A DNA stretch of 61,563 bases, filler included, from Choristocarpus tenellus KU-1152 (GCA_964200185.2; 14 parts of 14 records of this genome joined end to end with filler, not necessarily neighbours in it); one strand, 5' to 3'. Counted from the first letter of the whole stretch, positions 12,575-25,816 are shown. The notes: generated from the sequence alone by a model not told the origin. Made by a program: numbers and translations.

Positions 12575-12833
12575 GAGTAAATGTATCTTAGAGGGTACGA
12601 GTTTTGCCCTGTTTGTCCATTTGGGGCTTGGCTTCCCATGGGCTCTTTTATGACATTTTCCTACTCCAAAATGTTTAGGAGTAGGCAAAGCGAGCATGTT
12701 ATGAAAAGGTGAGTCCAGAACATGGATATTCATACTTCCTAACAAACAATATGACCAAAATTACATCGAAATAGCAACATTAGATTTTGGCCCCCAAATG
12801 GACGCAGCTCTACCCTCTAAGATACTTGGGCTC
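12575..12833 (-). mobile_element. MITE family A, full copy
   Basis: TIRs; TSD ACCA/ACCA. Confidence 0.9.
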
Positions 12834-13377
12834 ACCAAATTCACATATTCACAAGCTGCCATTGTACTAAAGCAGCAGTCACCTGTGGGACTGTTTCCCT
12901 TGAAACACAACAGTGATAGTCCACGAATTGTCAATATCAGAGTTAGGGGTTCAAGCCCCAATATTGCTCGGTGCTGTCCCAACTGACTCTCCATGTTAAT
13001 TCTTGTAGGTACGTGGTCAAGGAACCAGCATTGCTGACCCAGATATTGCCAATTTTTCTACCAGAGAAATCTGATTTTGATGGACCACTATGGGTTACAC
13101 ACCTGTACATACAAATATAGGGTATAGGAGAGGAGCAAACAAAATAGGGTACATAGCACCTGGTTCAGATCCAAACGAGGAAAAAAGTGTTAATTTTTAT
13201 TTTTTTACTCATTACCTGTGCGGAGGGACTGAGCATTATGTTTGCGATATTAAGCCGCACGGAATGTCGGTGCCATGGCATCTTCATGTCCTCATTGCTT
13301 TCACTTTAGTCTGAGAAGAAGAACTCAGCTCGGCCCTACTTCAGCCAAGCCTGTGATGAGAGGCACCACGCACTTCG

Positions 13378-13671
13378 GACCCGTAGTATCTTAGAGGGGG
13401 ATTCATGGGTACATTCGGGGCCTGTTGAACTTGTGGTGATTTTCTTTTCATCTGAGTGGACACGTCAAATGTAACCGTAATTTGCTTCACCCGAACGCAC
13501 CTCCATTTCCCATCCCCCCTCTTCCCTGCCTTAACTAAATCCGAAGGAAAATCACCCTGAAATCGCGCGTCAAACTGGGGTATGTTACAACACTCCATCG
13601 AGCCTCGAATGGACAACATGCCCTAAACACCCCCCCTCCTCCCCCTCCGCGCCTCTAAGATACTATGGATC
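13378..13671. mobile_element. MITE family C (TIR core shared with family A, different interior)
   Basis: GACCCGTAGTATCTTAGAGG ... CCTCTAAGATACTATGGATC; TSD TTCG/TTCA. Confidence 0.75.
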
Positions 13672-14832
13672 TTCACTACTCTCCTCCTCATATTACTATT
13701 ACTATTACTATTACGAATACTAATACTATTTCTATTGTACTTTGAAGTAGTGGGTAACCGCTGTGATGCAACTGACTGCCCTGCTCAGTGCATGCCCTTG
13801 CTTTTTTCTTTCATGTTGGGTTCAGTTATCCCATTGCACGTCGCTCCGCCTTCCAATCTTTGTGAAGCACTTGATTGGTTGACAGGAAACCTAGCCACCA
13901 CAATTCAGTTTTTCCATGTTCTTTTCTGTGGCATAGAGACACACAGGAAGATACGGGCACACCATTCCACTTGTGCTTGCATCATGGTCCACTAATACCG
14001 TATTTCCTCAAGGTGAAAATCATATCCCCTGCACTCTAGATTGTGGGGGTATACCTTATCCCATGCCATCTACTATTCTCAACAGGTACTGGTTTTCACC
14101 CCTGGGCGATCCATGATAGTACCCATTCATGATCTTTGGCCACAAGGGGATACCCTTTGGGGATATTCATGTGTGTGTTAGTATGTCGTGGGACCCTTCC
14201 CCAACCTTAAAAAAGTGCTCTGATATCCATGGGTGGACTGGTCGGCGACGGGCTTTCCAAAATTGTGATAGGGTTTGACTTTCTTTTTGCGAGAATAAGA
14301 GTCAATCAACGGAAGGTTCTTTGAGAATTCGATCCACACATTACAACAAAAATTCACCACGAAGAAATTTCCAGGATTGCTAAGACCAGCAACTAACTCG
14401 GACCCTAACATCTATCGGGAGTAGTAGCCTATCCCAAGCAGGGGGATGTAGAACCTCAAGTAGTGCGACTCTTCCTCACCGCATTGTGTATTTGAAAAAT
14501 CGCAGACCCATGTTGGGGTAATATCTGAGTCCCTGTTCCATTCTGAATAACTTTGCTGCTATGTTTGTTGGTAAAACAAGCTATAATGTGAAAGGCAATG
14601 TGGGTTTATTTGAAGAACTTTTTGTACAGGGCAACGGGTGTGTGGGGTGATGAAAATCGTATTCCTTGTGGTAAATGGTCTGGGTAGGATCTTTCAGGTG
14701 TCACAATCTGTCAAGTGCAGCTTCACTGAGGTGCCTACAAAAACTTCCTGGAATTGTATGCCCACCCCACATGTTCCTGCCGATTCCCCGCCAGACCAAA
14801 GGATTATCTGAAGTATTGAGCATATAGTATAT

Positions 14833-14921
14833 GGCCCAAAGTAACTGAGGGAAGGGGTGTGTGCACCAGGGTGTCCATTTGGGTCAAAATCAGGAAAAGT
14901 GCATTTACATTACCCATCCAA
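14833..14921. mobile_element. MITE family B end
   Basis: GGCCCAAAGTAACTGAGGG...CCAGGGTGTCCATTTGGG, matches reverse complement of the 27319-27504 right half. Confidence 0.75.
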
Positions 14922-15021
14922 NNNNNNNNNNNNNNNNNNNNNNNNNNNNNNNNNNNNNNNNNNNNTTAATTAATTAANNNNNNNNNNNNNNNNNNNNNNN
15001 NNNNNNNNNNNNNNNNNNNNN

Positions 15022-18000
15022 CAGGCAGGTAGGTGTTGTCACCAGGGTAACATGTCATCAAAGCATCGGCCCCACTCCTGTCAAGCACAAATACATGTAG
15101 AGATGCACAGGGTGCGGACATAGAAGTAGAAAGGAGATACAACAAAACCGGATTATTGCAAAGGATGAAGGAAGTGTGCGGTAGGATAAGCAACTTGTAT
15201 TGCGGCGACCTGTAATGAAAAGTCTGAAATACGTGCGTTCTTTTTGAGTGGTTGTTTTACATTGAAAACAACGGTGATTCAATTTGAGCCTTCTCAAGAA
15301 ACTCTTCTACCATTCCTCTCTACCTGTATTCAACTTTAATGTATAGAATTAAAAAAGGAACAAAGGTCAGGGGCTTGACTCACGAAAGGCAGTACTCGTT
15401 GAAGAGACCAGTGATGCCTGGGGAGGTCATCGAATACCAGTTGTAGTTCTCGTTGCCGTAGTAGAATCCGACCGCCTTGGCTAACTCCACATTACCTTGA
15501 TGGAACAGACACCATTTGTTGGAGAAACACGTCAGTCCATTCATTTGAGCTCTTGTGCATATCAGGAGTCATAGAAACTCCTTCGCGTTAGAAACAACCA
15601 ACCGGCTGTTCTCCATAAATTTCAACTCATTTCTTAACCTACGCAGGAAGAATGTCAGGAAGAATGGACTTGTGCTGTTTTCTCGTACAAGAAACACTTG
15701 TGGTGAAAACAATGATAGACTCTCCACAGCATATTATTCCCCAACAATCATGAACAATTAGTTCGTTGTCTTGGAGTTGGTTTTCAGTCCTTACCCGTGT
15801 CCTCAATAGTGCAATCTGAAGGTCCAAGGTTGTCACGAGCAAGGTGGCTCATGGTATGCGATTGCCAGTGGAATGCTGATTTGACATCATCTGTTAGCAC
15901 CGAAGTCAAGAGGTCGTCGGCAACCCAGAGCCCAGCCTCAAACTCCTCTTGCATACCAGGGACTGCATCATTCAGCCACAATGAGCAATGCTGAGTTGGG
16001 ATTCCTGAAGCACAAGGAAGGTGAGCATGAGAGGGTGATGGTATGAACCTTGTTTCATTTTACTCCTTTCTCGACTGTTGTGGCTATTTCGAACAAGGAG
16101 TAGATGCAGGGATCGAAGGTCTTCCAAAATTGCAGCAACCCAACTTACTACCGCTATGTCCGCTGAAAATGATCAACTCTGGGTATGCCGGTGTCGCTAT
16201 TATGCAAATCCGAATTGATCAGGAGTATGTGGGAAGGAGAAGAACCCTTGTTTTACCAAAATATAATATATACACGTAGACACCATCAGATATTTAGGAC
16301 ACTGCCCTTGCCTAACCCTATTGTATTTCTAAGAGGGATCCAAGCAGCATACAAAAAAAATAATATCCTCCAAGTCACCCTCACCATATCCTTCGACCTT
16401 TGCACCTTTGACCATCAAAGCGATATCAGCATCATCAAAAGACAGCGTATACTCTGATTCGACCTATTTTGAAGAGTTCGTAAGACACAAAGGGGAAGTT
16501 CAGTAAAGAGCTGTCACCTATGATGATATCAAACCTTCTGATACAGCGCGTAAACAAAACAGTGCACATTTCCAATAAGACAAGGAGAAAAACTTCTGCC
16601 CAAAGGAGAACAACTAGTACTCTGGAGTAGTGTATTATCCGAAAAAGAGGTTACATGTACCTGTGCTAAAACGCTGCAAAAGGACATTAACGGGAAATTC
16701 TTATTTTCAATGCATTGAATGACAGTGCTGCATCACCTTTTCAAGAACACCATTACCGTTGAAGGCAAACTCGGTAATGACATTGGATCCATATTTCGCA
16801 TTGAGAGAGTCCTGAAATGCGGCAAAGGTTTCCATATCCTCTCCGGACATCCGTTCCTCCTGATGAGGGCAGCGAGTGTAAAAGGTGCATACAGCCAACA
16901 CAAGAAGGAGAAAGTGCAACAATGTCATCAGTCAACACTTCTCGGCGAGGAGTTCTATCACATCTTAGCAGTTCAACGACCTGTGTGGGCCTCAAAGTGC
17001 ATCCATCCTCTAACAGGCGATAATCGCCTCTCACAGCTTACCAGTGGACTGTAGGAAATTAGCAGACAATAGGCCTACAAGGTACGGTAGAAGCAATTGA
17101 CAACTTCCGCGTCTATCATCATGACTGGTGTACAAGATGTGAGCACAGCAAAGCCATAAGCGGATACCATAGTTTGAAGTATATCACCCTTCACGAGTGA
17201 TGTACTATCTCACCACTCCCTCATTGTGATCTCCATCATACACCCACTGGGCTGTGCCGAGGAAAAGGTCATCCACCACAGGGCCCAGGTAGTAGCGCCT
17301 TTCACCCTGGAGCAAAATGCATTCAGAGTCGGAGATCGGGTTAGTTACATTCAATCGCAACAGACAGAAAATTCAATATTGAAGATCTTGCATTTGTCAA
17401 AGCGGTAGGGTATCTCGAGGGTATGTCGTCAACAAAAGGTGTAAAATAAAACAACCTGAAGGACTTGCTCATTTTCGCATAAAACCTCTTCACTCCTGTC
17501 CACACGGCTGAGAGCTGTTGCTCACAGTCGTCTGTTCACCTGGAAAGCACCCCTGGTGGCCCACTCAGCAAAAAAGTTTGCCCAAGCCCACGAGCCCATG
17601 TCAAACCAAGCAAAGCTGTAAAAAACGTGAAGCTCTTCAAGACCGTCATTCCCAATCCATTGAACAGCAGACACAGACGGTTGGTCCTCCGAGCCTTTCA
17701 TGAAAGAACCTGAAGCATCCGCGTATCTTGGGGGAAATTGAGAGTTGATTTGAAGAGAAAGGAAACGCAGAGGGGTAGAAAAGATTTCCGTCTTGTTAGT
17801 TGCATCTCCAATCTTAAGACCAAGCCTCTGTTCTTTCGAGGCCACTAAAGTGTTGCAGTTGCAGTTGTTGGTGCTAATTGCCCGAAACATCTTACCAAAA
17901 CAATGGGACACAGGAAGTAAGATTGGATATTTTGCATCATTATGACCTTCAACACCTTGAAAATGCAATCTCAATCAGACACAACAAGTTAATTAGAGGG

Positions 18001-19788
18001 AGGAAAAGCAGTGGAACTTAATCCTCATCCATCTAGTGATGTAGCATCACTTCGTGCCTTTGCTTGGTAAGAGTCATGCTGGCAAAATCAGGGCAGGCCA
18101 CACGCAACACCACTTGCAACTTCCACTTACGCGACCAAAGTAGTGGCTTCTCCTTCGATGGTGGAGTTGGACGGCGATTGCCCCACTACTGGTCTGGTAA
18201 ACATGTTGTTGGTCTGGGGGTTGGTCTGCATGTCGTCCTTGCAAACTTTGCAGATAGCATTGCCCTCCGCTGCAAACAACAACATGTAGCATTAAAGTGT
18301 TGTTACATTCGAGAAGGTTTCCATTAGCGAAAAAGGTATATTGCAGAGGACGCACAGTACAAGTTAGAATTGGTGTATGTCAACAAAGAACCCTTTGAGG
18401 GCAATATAATTAAGTTTTTCAACACGGCCTTGCTGCCATTGATTTTTTCGTTCGTAACTTGCATCCAGTAGTTGTTATATATGTGGTCACTCACCACGGT
18501 CAAGCCTGCCAACTTATTCCATTACATTGAACTGAGCTCTAGGCCTTACAGAAACCACATGTCGACATATACCAATCTTCACTTCTTGTTCTCTACGATC
18601 GAAATTTTGTGCATCCTTTTTTTTACAACAAATGCCTCATTTCAACCATTGGGAACTGCGCTGTTGTTGTCACTTACGAGTCAGCCTCAGACCCTCAGCG
18701 GTAGGGGCTTCAGCAGAGAAAAGTGGCCCAGCGAAGTCCGGCAAGATATTTAGTCTATCTCGCGCTTCTTCATCGTTGATAGTGTCCGCACTATCGAAGT
18801 AGACGACCCGAACCTAGGTATAGAACCATGGCAGAAGCATTTCCAAACATTAGGGAGAAAAATAATCCATCGTACGTTCGACATACTCAGGAGTTTATTG
18901 TAGTTGTGAATCTCTTAACGGTATGAGATAAGTCACGACATCGCAAGGTTACCTTACCGAAAAATTTCTGGCATACGCCTGAAGCTCTGTCTTCTGCTCG
19001 GCTGTGGGCACGATACCCACGTAGATCGAGTCGCACTTTCCCGACCCGTCCGCGTTCGTCAAGTCTAAGGTGCCAGTAGGGTTTACCAACACCTCCTTCG
19101 CGTAAGAGACCAGAGGGGAGATGAGGCAGAATAAATTCTTCGCAGGTGGTTGAGAATGTACGATGTAGTGAAGATCGGGTATCGCACCCCGAACTGAGCG
19201 GTGACAACAAACAACGCCCTTGCACAATGACGACTGTTGTTCAACTGGTCGCTGCAAAACAAGAAGACACAGTCTTGCACAGGAAGTCATGACAGACCTG
19301 AGAGGCAGACCAGAAGCCCTTGTACCACTGAGACATGACATAAGACTCCGCCACACCCCCGACGTCTGGGATCTGCCAGGATATTCGAAGGAATGGGAGT
19401 AGATTCGACGTGGTCGATACCTCAGAACGGTAGTCACGATGCCGACTCTCGTCTGAGAGACTCCCACGGAGAATGCGACCAATTTAGCTAGATGCTGCAC
19501 TCTTTTTCTACATGCATTTTAGTTGACGGGTGGGAATGTTAATGCTCGGCGCACCCTTGCGCAACTTCGACTTGCCGACTGAAGTTCAGCGGACTCTTGT
19601 TCATTTTTACAACATACTGACTGAGATTTCGATTAGGCCACTGTTGTCATTCGCCTCAACACATGGGCTACCCTCACCAGGTCGCTCGCTGCCAAGATGC
19701 ATGGCTGCAGATCCACGGACACCTGTCCGAGCGCAGGAGACAACAACGTTGCAGTGGTTGCGACTACTAGAGACGAAAAACGAACCAT
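15022..19788 (-). CDS. Secreted Agd3-like polysaccharide de-N-acetylase (CE18-like), multi-exon, 3' end cut by contig edge
   Basis: GT-AG exons: 19788-19678 (signal peptide MVRFSSLVVATTATLLSPALG), ~19095-18958 (ELQAYARNFS), 18813-18678 (VRVVYFD), 18269-18131, 17726-17540 (EWATRGAFQ), 17306-17214 (GERRYYLGPVVDDLFLGT), 16859-16737 (EFAFNGNG), 16004-15795 (FHWQSHTMSH), 15495-15384 (SPGITGLFN), 15077-15022 (PGDNT). Phases agree from 18958 to 16737 and from 16004 to 15022. Motif order matches Agd3 homologues. At least one small exon is unresolved (16005-16736, possibly 19100-19670). Confidence 0.8.
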
Positions 19789-19997
19789 ATTGACCCAAGC
19801 AAGCCCCTCGTATCTGCCGATCACTATCCCTGCCTTCGCAAATGAACTTCCAGGGTATGTTTTCTCACACCCTCCCCCACTCAAAAGTTGTCGTTAGGAA
19901 GCGCTCCCAACAACGTGTAGAGAGGTTGTGATGATTGGGGGGAAAGGGAAGTGTGTAGTATATAGTGCCATTGAATCCAGAATAGTGATCTCTTCTT

Positions 19998-20205
19998 AAA
20001 AAGCTCAATAACACAGGAATGAAGAAATATATTTCCATTTGCACGATTATACTTTTATACCTACGTGCTCACACCGACGTTTTGGAGGTAAAATTCATAC
20101 TTTACATATAAAAAGCTCAATATAACGTAGGAATGAAGAATTCCATAATATGCATTATTATACCTTCACTGATGTGATGGAGGTAAGATTTATACTGTAC
20201 ATATA
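19998..20205. repeat. Imperfect tandem duplication (~100-113 bp units) upstream of the deacetylase start
   Basis: AAAAGCTCAATA...AGGAATGAAGAA...GGAGGTAA...TACATATA twice. Confidence 0.7.
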
Positions 20206-20709
20206 ATAAGGGAATGACTCAATAGATACGAAGTAAATACAACTTTTTAAAAAGGGCTGTCGTTTCGAAGACACACTATTTCTGTTTTTTTGGCATGTTA
20301 TTATGTCCCTCCAACATTTTGTAGATGATGTGTTACAAGGAAAAAACAGGTGAGGTGATACATATGGAAGTACATATTATACTCATATACTCGATAATTG
20401 TGTATCATTTGCGTATTTGGTACCCTGCTTACTGTAGAACGTACCTTTGCCGTGGCCTCTAGCATTTTGGAGATCTGTTGTGAAATAGTTGGACAAAAAA
20501 CTAGATTGAAAATGTGCATTATGCGGATAATTATAATACTATGGCGAAAAAATCACTCTTCCTTCCCTTCTCGCCCACCTTTGTTACCCTAATTGTTCGG
20601 TTGACATGGTAAAACTGTTAGTGCGAACTTTTGGGCTCGTAGGGAACAATAAATGCGTTACTTGTACTATGATAGTAAGGGTCATCGGTTCAGTATTAAG
20701 TGTGGGTAT

Positions 20710-20770
20710 AGTTATCATTGGTTTCCCCCCTGACACATCTGCAAAATGCCAGAGGGCATAATAATAATAT
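20710..20770 (+). mobile_element. CRE-like retrotransposon 3' terminus fragment
   Basis: TTTCCCCCCTGACACATCTGCAAAATGCCAGAGGGCATAATAATAAT. Confidence 0.6.
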
Positions 20771-21499
20771 AGAAGTGTGTATTGATTATGTTATCAATAT
20801 GATGGCGGGATAACAAAACACTATTATTATGACCTTACCGAATTGGCAAGACCCACGCATTTTTTTCTTCTCATTTTTCACATTTTTCTTTTTTCATTAC
20901 TTCTTTTTTCTTCGGTACTACTACTTACTGCCTTCTTTCCACTACTTTCCATCATTGATCTGTGATCCCAATCACTACTGTGATAATATATATATATATA
21001 TATATATATATCATAACTTCCGTACAACTAAACAAATCACCACAAAATAGTCATTATTTTCCATTCTTCGCTACTAGTGTAAATATATCACAAACTACAT
21101 CATCACTCAATATGCCATTTCAATATTCTGAGGGCTTCGTGTAGACCATAATACTCTCTAAACAAATTGGAAAATATACAAAGCATATTTCACATTCTTA
21201 TATTCCTTTTCATGGATCGATTGATTCAATACGATACTGGATAATATGGTATGTTCATGGTGTGTATGTGTGATGAGCTCTGTTCATTTGGTGTTCAGAT
21301 TGTCGATGAACCAAAATATTAAAATACTAGTAGATGTGATAATACAACGCGCTTCTATTATTTTTCTATTCTGTTTCTACTACGACTGGTAACGACCAGA
21401 TGACCAGATGACTAGATGACCAGATGACATACCCACATACGTACGTGTGGCCCAAACGTCTTTATTTTGCGGGTTTGATTGATACTACAATAAGGAGTC

Positions 21500-21725
21500 A
21501 GTGATTGCAGCGATTGTGAAGCCAGCTAAGGTATTCAGGCTGACCATGTCTGAGTTGACAGAAACCACGTGCCTTCAGCCTCCCAACAAGGCTACAGACA
21601 TGACATTGCAGATCCGGACTCTGTTAGAAGCCCAACCCTACACAGACGTACCGGTTGTTCCTTACCTTGGGAGGTACCATCGTCAATGATGGTGCTGAAA
21701 TCACCACCGAGATTAGCCGTCCTGG
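21500..21725 (+). pseudogene. RTE-clade non-LTR reverse transcriptase fragment
   Basis: Frameshifted F(R)LTMSELTETTCL...YLGGTIVNDG..ITTEISR, typical of the end of the RTE RT domain. Confidence 0.5.
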
Positions 21726-22753
21726 TTCAAAAGAGGTTTCAGTTCATGGATGGTGCTGCTGATGCACCATAGACACTACTGGTGGAGTAGATAATAGGTT
21801 GAAGGGAGCTAGTGATGGGTATACCCAGGTGTATCAACTCATTGGTGTAGTGATTAGTGCTATGTTCTAAATATGCTTGTCACACGCTCACTATAAATAC
21901 AGCTAAGAGTGATTCGTAGTAGATTAGTGTGGACGATATCAATCCCCACACTGTATGAAGAGAGTAGTGGGCGCCGCCAATTGTGATCCCCATGAGTTCG
22001 GTCAATGGAATTGAGACCACAAGCCCCTTTGTAGCACTAATATTATACCTTCACACCAAGCCATATATATATAGTACTCTACCAAGGGACACTTTTGATA
22101 ATCTTCAACGCTGGACCAGTGTGGAATACTACACCATACAATAGCGGACCAACTCTTCCTGAGATATTGTACTGAGTGACAAGACGAGTGCTGAATAATA
22201 GCAGTGCATACTAGATAGCCACCAGCACTACTGAGATCATCGACCTCCCCACTTTCGCTGGAAAGTAGGGAGATGGTTTCTTCGCTTTTGAATTCCATGT
22301 TTAGGCCACCCTAACTGTTGGTACCTGCAACCTTGCACTCGGTGAACCCTAACATCATCAGGGGGGTCTCGATTTTTGGACAAGGGTCAAGGCAGATACC
22401 TCAACCGGCAAGTTCAACTGCGCCAAGTTCAATGGACATTGCACAAGGAAATGGTCCAGCAGCCGCGGTAACATCAGGAGACGGGTTTGCGGCTGCATCA
22501 GCACCAACCTCACCGAATGTGGGCATGGATGACGAAGACCGAGTGATCATGACCTTAGGAAGAGGGAGTAGTAGAGCTGGACAGGGCGAGGAGAGGGCAA
22601 CGGCGCTTGTTTCATCTATGGCAAGGATAGCCATACGAAGTATCACTACCCAGACCTTGGTTGGATCAGACACACTAGTGCAACCACTAAATGTAGAGGA
22701 CGCAAAGTCACAGCGGCAGGTGCCACAGAGATGCACGCAAATGGCTACGATAA

Positions 22754-22892
22754 GAGTCAAAGTATCTGAGAGGCTAAACCTGCGTCCATTCGGGGATCAA
22801 AATTCATTGTTGTGATTTTGATGTAATTTTGGCTATCGTGTTTGTTAAGAAGTGTCGATATCCTTATTCTAGACACACCTTTTAATATCATA
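22754..22892 (+). mobile_element. MITE family A, left part (contig end)
   Basis: GAGTCAAAGTATCTGAGAGG plus family interior. Confidence 0.8.
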
Positions 22893-22992
22893 NNNNNNNN
22901 NNNNNNNNNNNNNNNNNNNNNNNNNNNNNNNNNNNNTTAATTAATTAANNNNNNNNNNNNNNNNNNNNNNNNNNNNNNNNNNNNNNNNNNNN

Positions 22993-23141
22993 TTGTTCCG
23001 GCACACCTTGTCATAACGTATACATTTTACCTACTCCGAAATATTTTGGAGGAGGAAAATGTCATAAATAAAAACCATGGGAAGGAAAGCCTCAAACAGA
23101 CAAACAGGGCAAAACTCGTACCCTCTGAGATACTTTCACTC
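22993..23141 (+). mobile_element. MITE family A, right part (contig start)
   Basis: Ends GTACCCTCTGAGATACTTTCACTC. Confidence 0.85.
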
Positions 23142-24199
23142 TGGAATGCTTCCCAGAACTCCCGCCCGATGCCCCACTAATGACATATGGGATGGGGAGA
23201 GGTGGAAGGTGATTGCAAGGGGCCAAGCAACATGCGTCTTAAGAAGAATAGCGAGGGAACTCAAGCTGTGAGACAAAAGGAGTACGCCCTCTACTTGGTC
23301 AAGATAGGGGAGCCATGAGGATTGAAACACAAGAGATAGTATACAGAGGGAAGGGAAGTGGAAGTCGGGTGCATTCATGGTATATGTCAGGGCCGACCAG
23401 AGAGACCCAGTGTGGGTTTCAAAATGTCTGGCAGAGAGTAAGAAATATTGGGTACAGGCAGGACAGGAGGTACAGTGGTGACCTAGAAAAGAACTCAACC
23501 CCGAAGGGGGGAAGGTCAAGTTCGGACGGGGTAAATGCCTTCTAGTTTAAAGGTACGGTATGAAGTGGATGGTGAAGTGGTGTTCTTGGGTGATTTGTGG
23601 AGTGGTGTTATATGATGTGGGGAAGCGGAAAGTGTTCGTAGATAGTGCTGCTGATACGCTGTAAACACCATCGGTGGAATAGATTAGGAAATGCAGACAC
23701 TACTGGTGGAGCAGTGGAGGAAAGGTAGAGCCAGATATTTTTTTGCGTATATTTCAGTTGAGATCTACACAACGTTCATGTATGGTAGTTCATGTATGAT
23801 AGGGACCTGATGCTGGATCATCTCTTGATATATCATATATGGCACGTATGGTAAGTAGATACGATTATTTTCTGATTATCCACGTGGACGTTGCAAATCC
23901 CACAGGATGGTCTGCACATATCTCATCCCCACCAATTCAGTCAGAGGAATCGAGACCATAAGCCCCTCTTTTAACACTAATATTGCACATCTACATTAAG
24001 CTATTCATTATATTTCATCAAAGCATGAAGCCGCGGGTCCAGTGTGAAATATTTCAACAGAAAGTGGTGGAAGGTGTTGTGGGGGGGAATGGTGTTGAAT
24101 GGTGGGGTAGGTTGGTAAGTGGTGTGGGGTTGAAGGGTGGGGTTGAAGGGTGGGGTGGTGACTGGAAATCAGTGGCAAAGGGGTCGCACTGGTTGGTCA

Positions 24200-25500
24200 T
24201 CGGATGGAGTTGGTGACTTGATCATAAGGAAGGCACAACACGAAGTTAGCCGCCTCCTCAACAGGATCCGCTTTGACTCTTTCCGGGTGCAATTGGCCAC
24301 CTTACCTGACGAAGTTGAACAAGGGAAGGAAAGTTCCTGAGTCAAAGTATCTTAGAGGGTAGAGCCGTGTCCATTTGGGGTCCAAAATCCAATGTTGCAA
24401 TTTTGATGTAATTTTGGCTATCGGGTTTGTTTGGAAGTGTCAGTATCCTTGTTCCGGACACAAGGTTTTATAAAGTATACATTTGACCTACTCCAAAACG
24501 TATTGGAGTAGGTAAAACGTCATTAAAAACGTGGGAAGGCAAGCCCCAAATGGACAAACAGGGCAAAAATCGTACCCTCTAAGATACTTTCACTCTCCTC
24601 GCTAACCCTGGCCATCCACCGGAGCCAGTGTGGACAAGGCAAAAATGCATGGGCCTCCACACAACCCCTGGAACCAGCATGCCAGATCCCTCCCATAGAG
24701 CTTAGACTCGTTGCCAGCAGATCCCTAGGGAGAGAGGAGGCCCTATCAAACAGGTGCCCAGTGGCTGGGTGCAGGTGGGAAAACGTGGACACCAGACATG
24801 CACATACCTGCCTTAGGGCAGGAGGACAGATACGCCAACACACACCAATGGTGAAGCGTCTAGGTCAACTCTGCAAAGGAATGGGTATCCCTTGCACCAT
24901 GGAGGACGGTAGCCCATTCACAGTTGACGGGAATTTCTGCATGGATGTGGTCTTCCATGCTGGGGCACTTGCGGACGCTGGATCAGCTCCCTACCAGTAC
25001 AAAGGCCTCCTTCTAGATGATGCGTTTGCAGAAGTGCAAGGAGCCTCCCATCTGTCACACTCATCCACCAACAATGGTGTAGCTACTGCTGCAGCTGAGG
25101 CATGAAAACGTACCCACTACGAGAGTTCTTTTGACCCTCGTACTTACAACCTCAACACCTTCACGGCGGAACGTTTTGGGCGCCTTGGCAAGCAGGCAGA
25201 ACGTTTTCTGGATGATTTGGCTACGCACGCAATAGGGGAGAGAGGGGCAGGATGCTACAGCAGCAAAGGGACTGTCAAATCTCGTCTACGACAGATAGTG
25301 TCCCTCACAACACAAGTGGCTCTGTAAGATCGTATCATGCATTTTAAGCGGGGGACACCGGGAAGAGGGGTAAGGAAGGGATTGCTAGATTATTGGGGGA
25401 TGCTTCTCTAGCTCCTCACCTTGGGTGCAGGACTAAGCTAGGTTGGAAGCATAGGAGGAGAGTGGTGTAGCATAGCTGGTAGTAAAATAGTAAATAGATG
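24200..25500 (+). mobile_element. Decayed CRE-like non-LTR retrotransposon 3' part (CCHC and restriction-like endonuclease)
   Basis: After removing the MITE and one TSD the frame reads ...HRSQCGQGKNAW...CPVAGC...DTRHAHTCLRAGGQIRQH...MDVVF...LLLD...AAAEA*KRTHY...FTAERFGRLGKQAERFLDDLA...RLRQIVS; contains stops. Confidence 0.75.
24339..24595 (+). mobile_element. MITE family A, full copy nested in CRE-like element
   Basis: TIRs; TSD TCCT/TCCT. Confidence 0.9.
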
Positions 25501-25501
25501 C

Positions 25502-25646
25502 TGTTATAGAACCATGTATCTATTCATTTCATTATATTGATCCATTAGATGTACGCGATCTTTGTCTGTTCGATGCTGTTGCCCGAACAGTGACAACGTG
25601 GAATGTAGATGTTTTGGGGTTGATACAAGTTCCTAACAAATCTCCC
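25502..25646 (-). mobile_element. Possible short Copia 3' LTR with polypurine tract
   Basis: On minus strand GGGAGATT then TGTTAG...ATAACA; no second LTR seen. Confidence 0.35.
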
Positions 25647-25816
25647 TAAACAGTCCATTACTTCGAAGTATCACCAAAAAGGTATTTTAGTTGGTCACAT
25701 CTATCTTGTGGATATGGTCAGCACAAAACAAGCTCACATTAGTATACTATCTTCAACAGCATCTCTGCCTCGATCCGAACAGCCTTGTCTCGACACTGCT
25801 CTGAAATCCACTTTCA

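Noticed and set aside
12251-12745. Repeated small ORFs (MLGS...PTPK...KPSPKWTNRAKLVPSKIL) as a gene family
   Set aside because: Chance translations of non-coding MITE A; frames differ between copies
14176-14410. Solo LTR (TGTTAG...CTAACA); similar case at 1836-1995
   Set aside because: No TSD, PBS/PPT or second copy in the window
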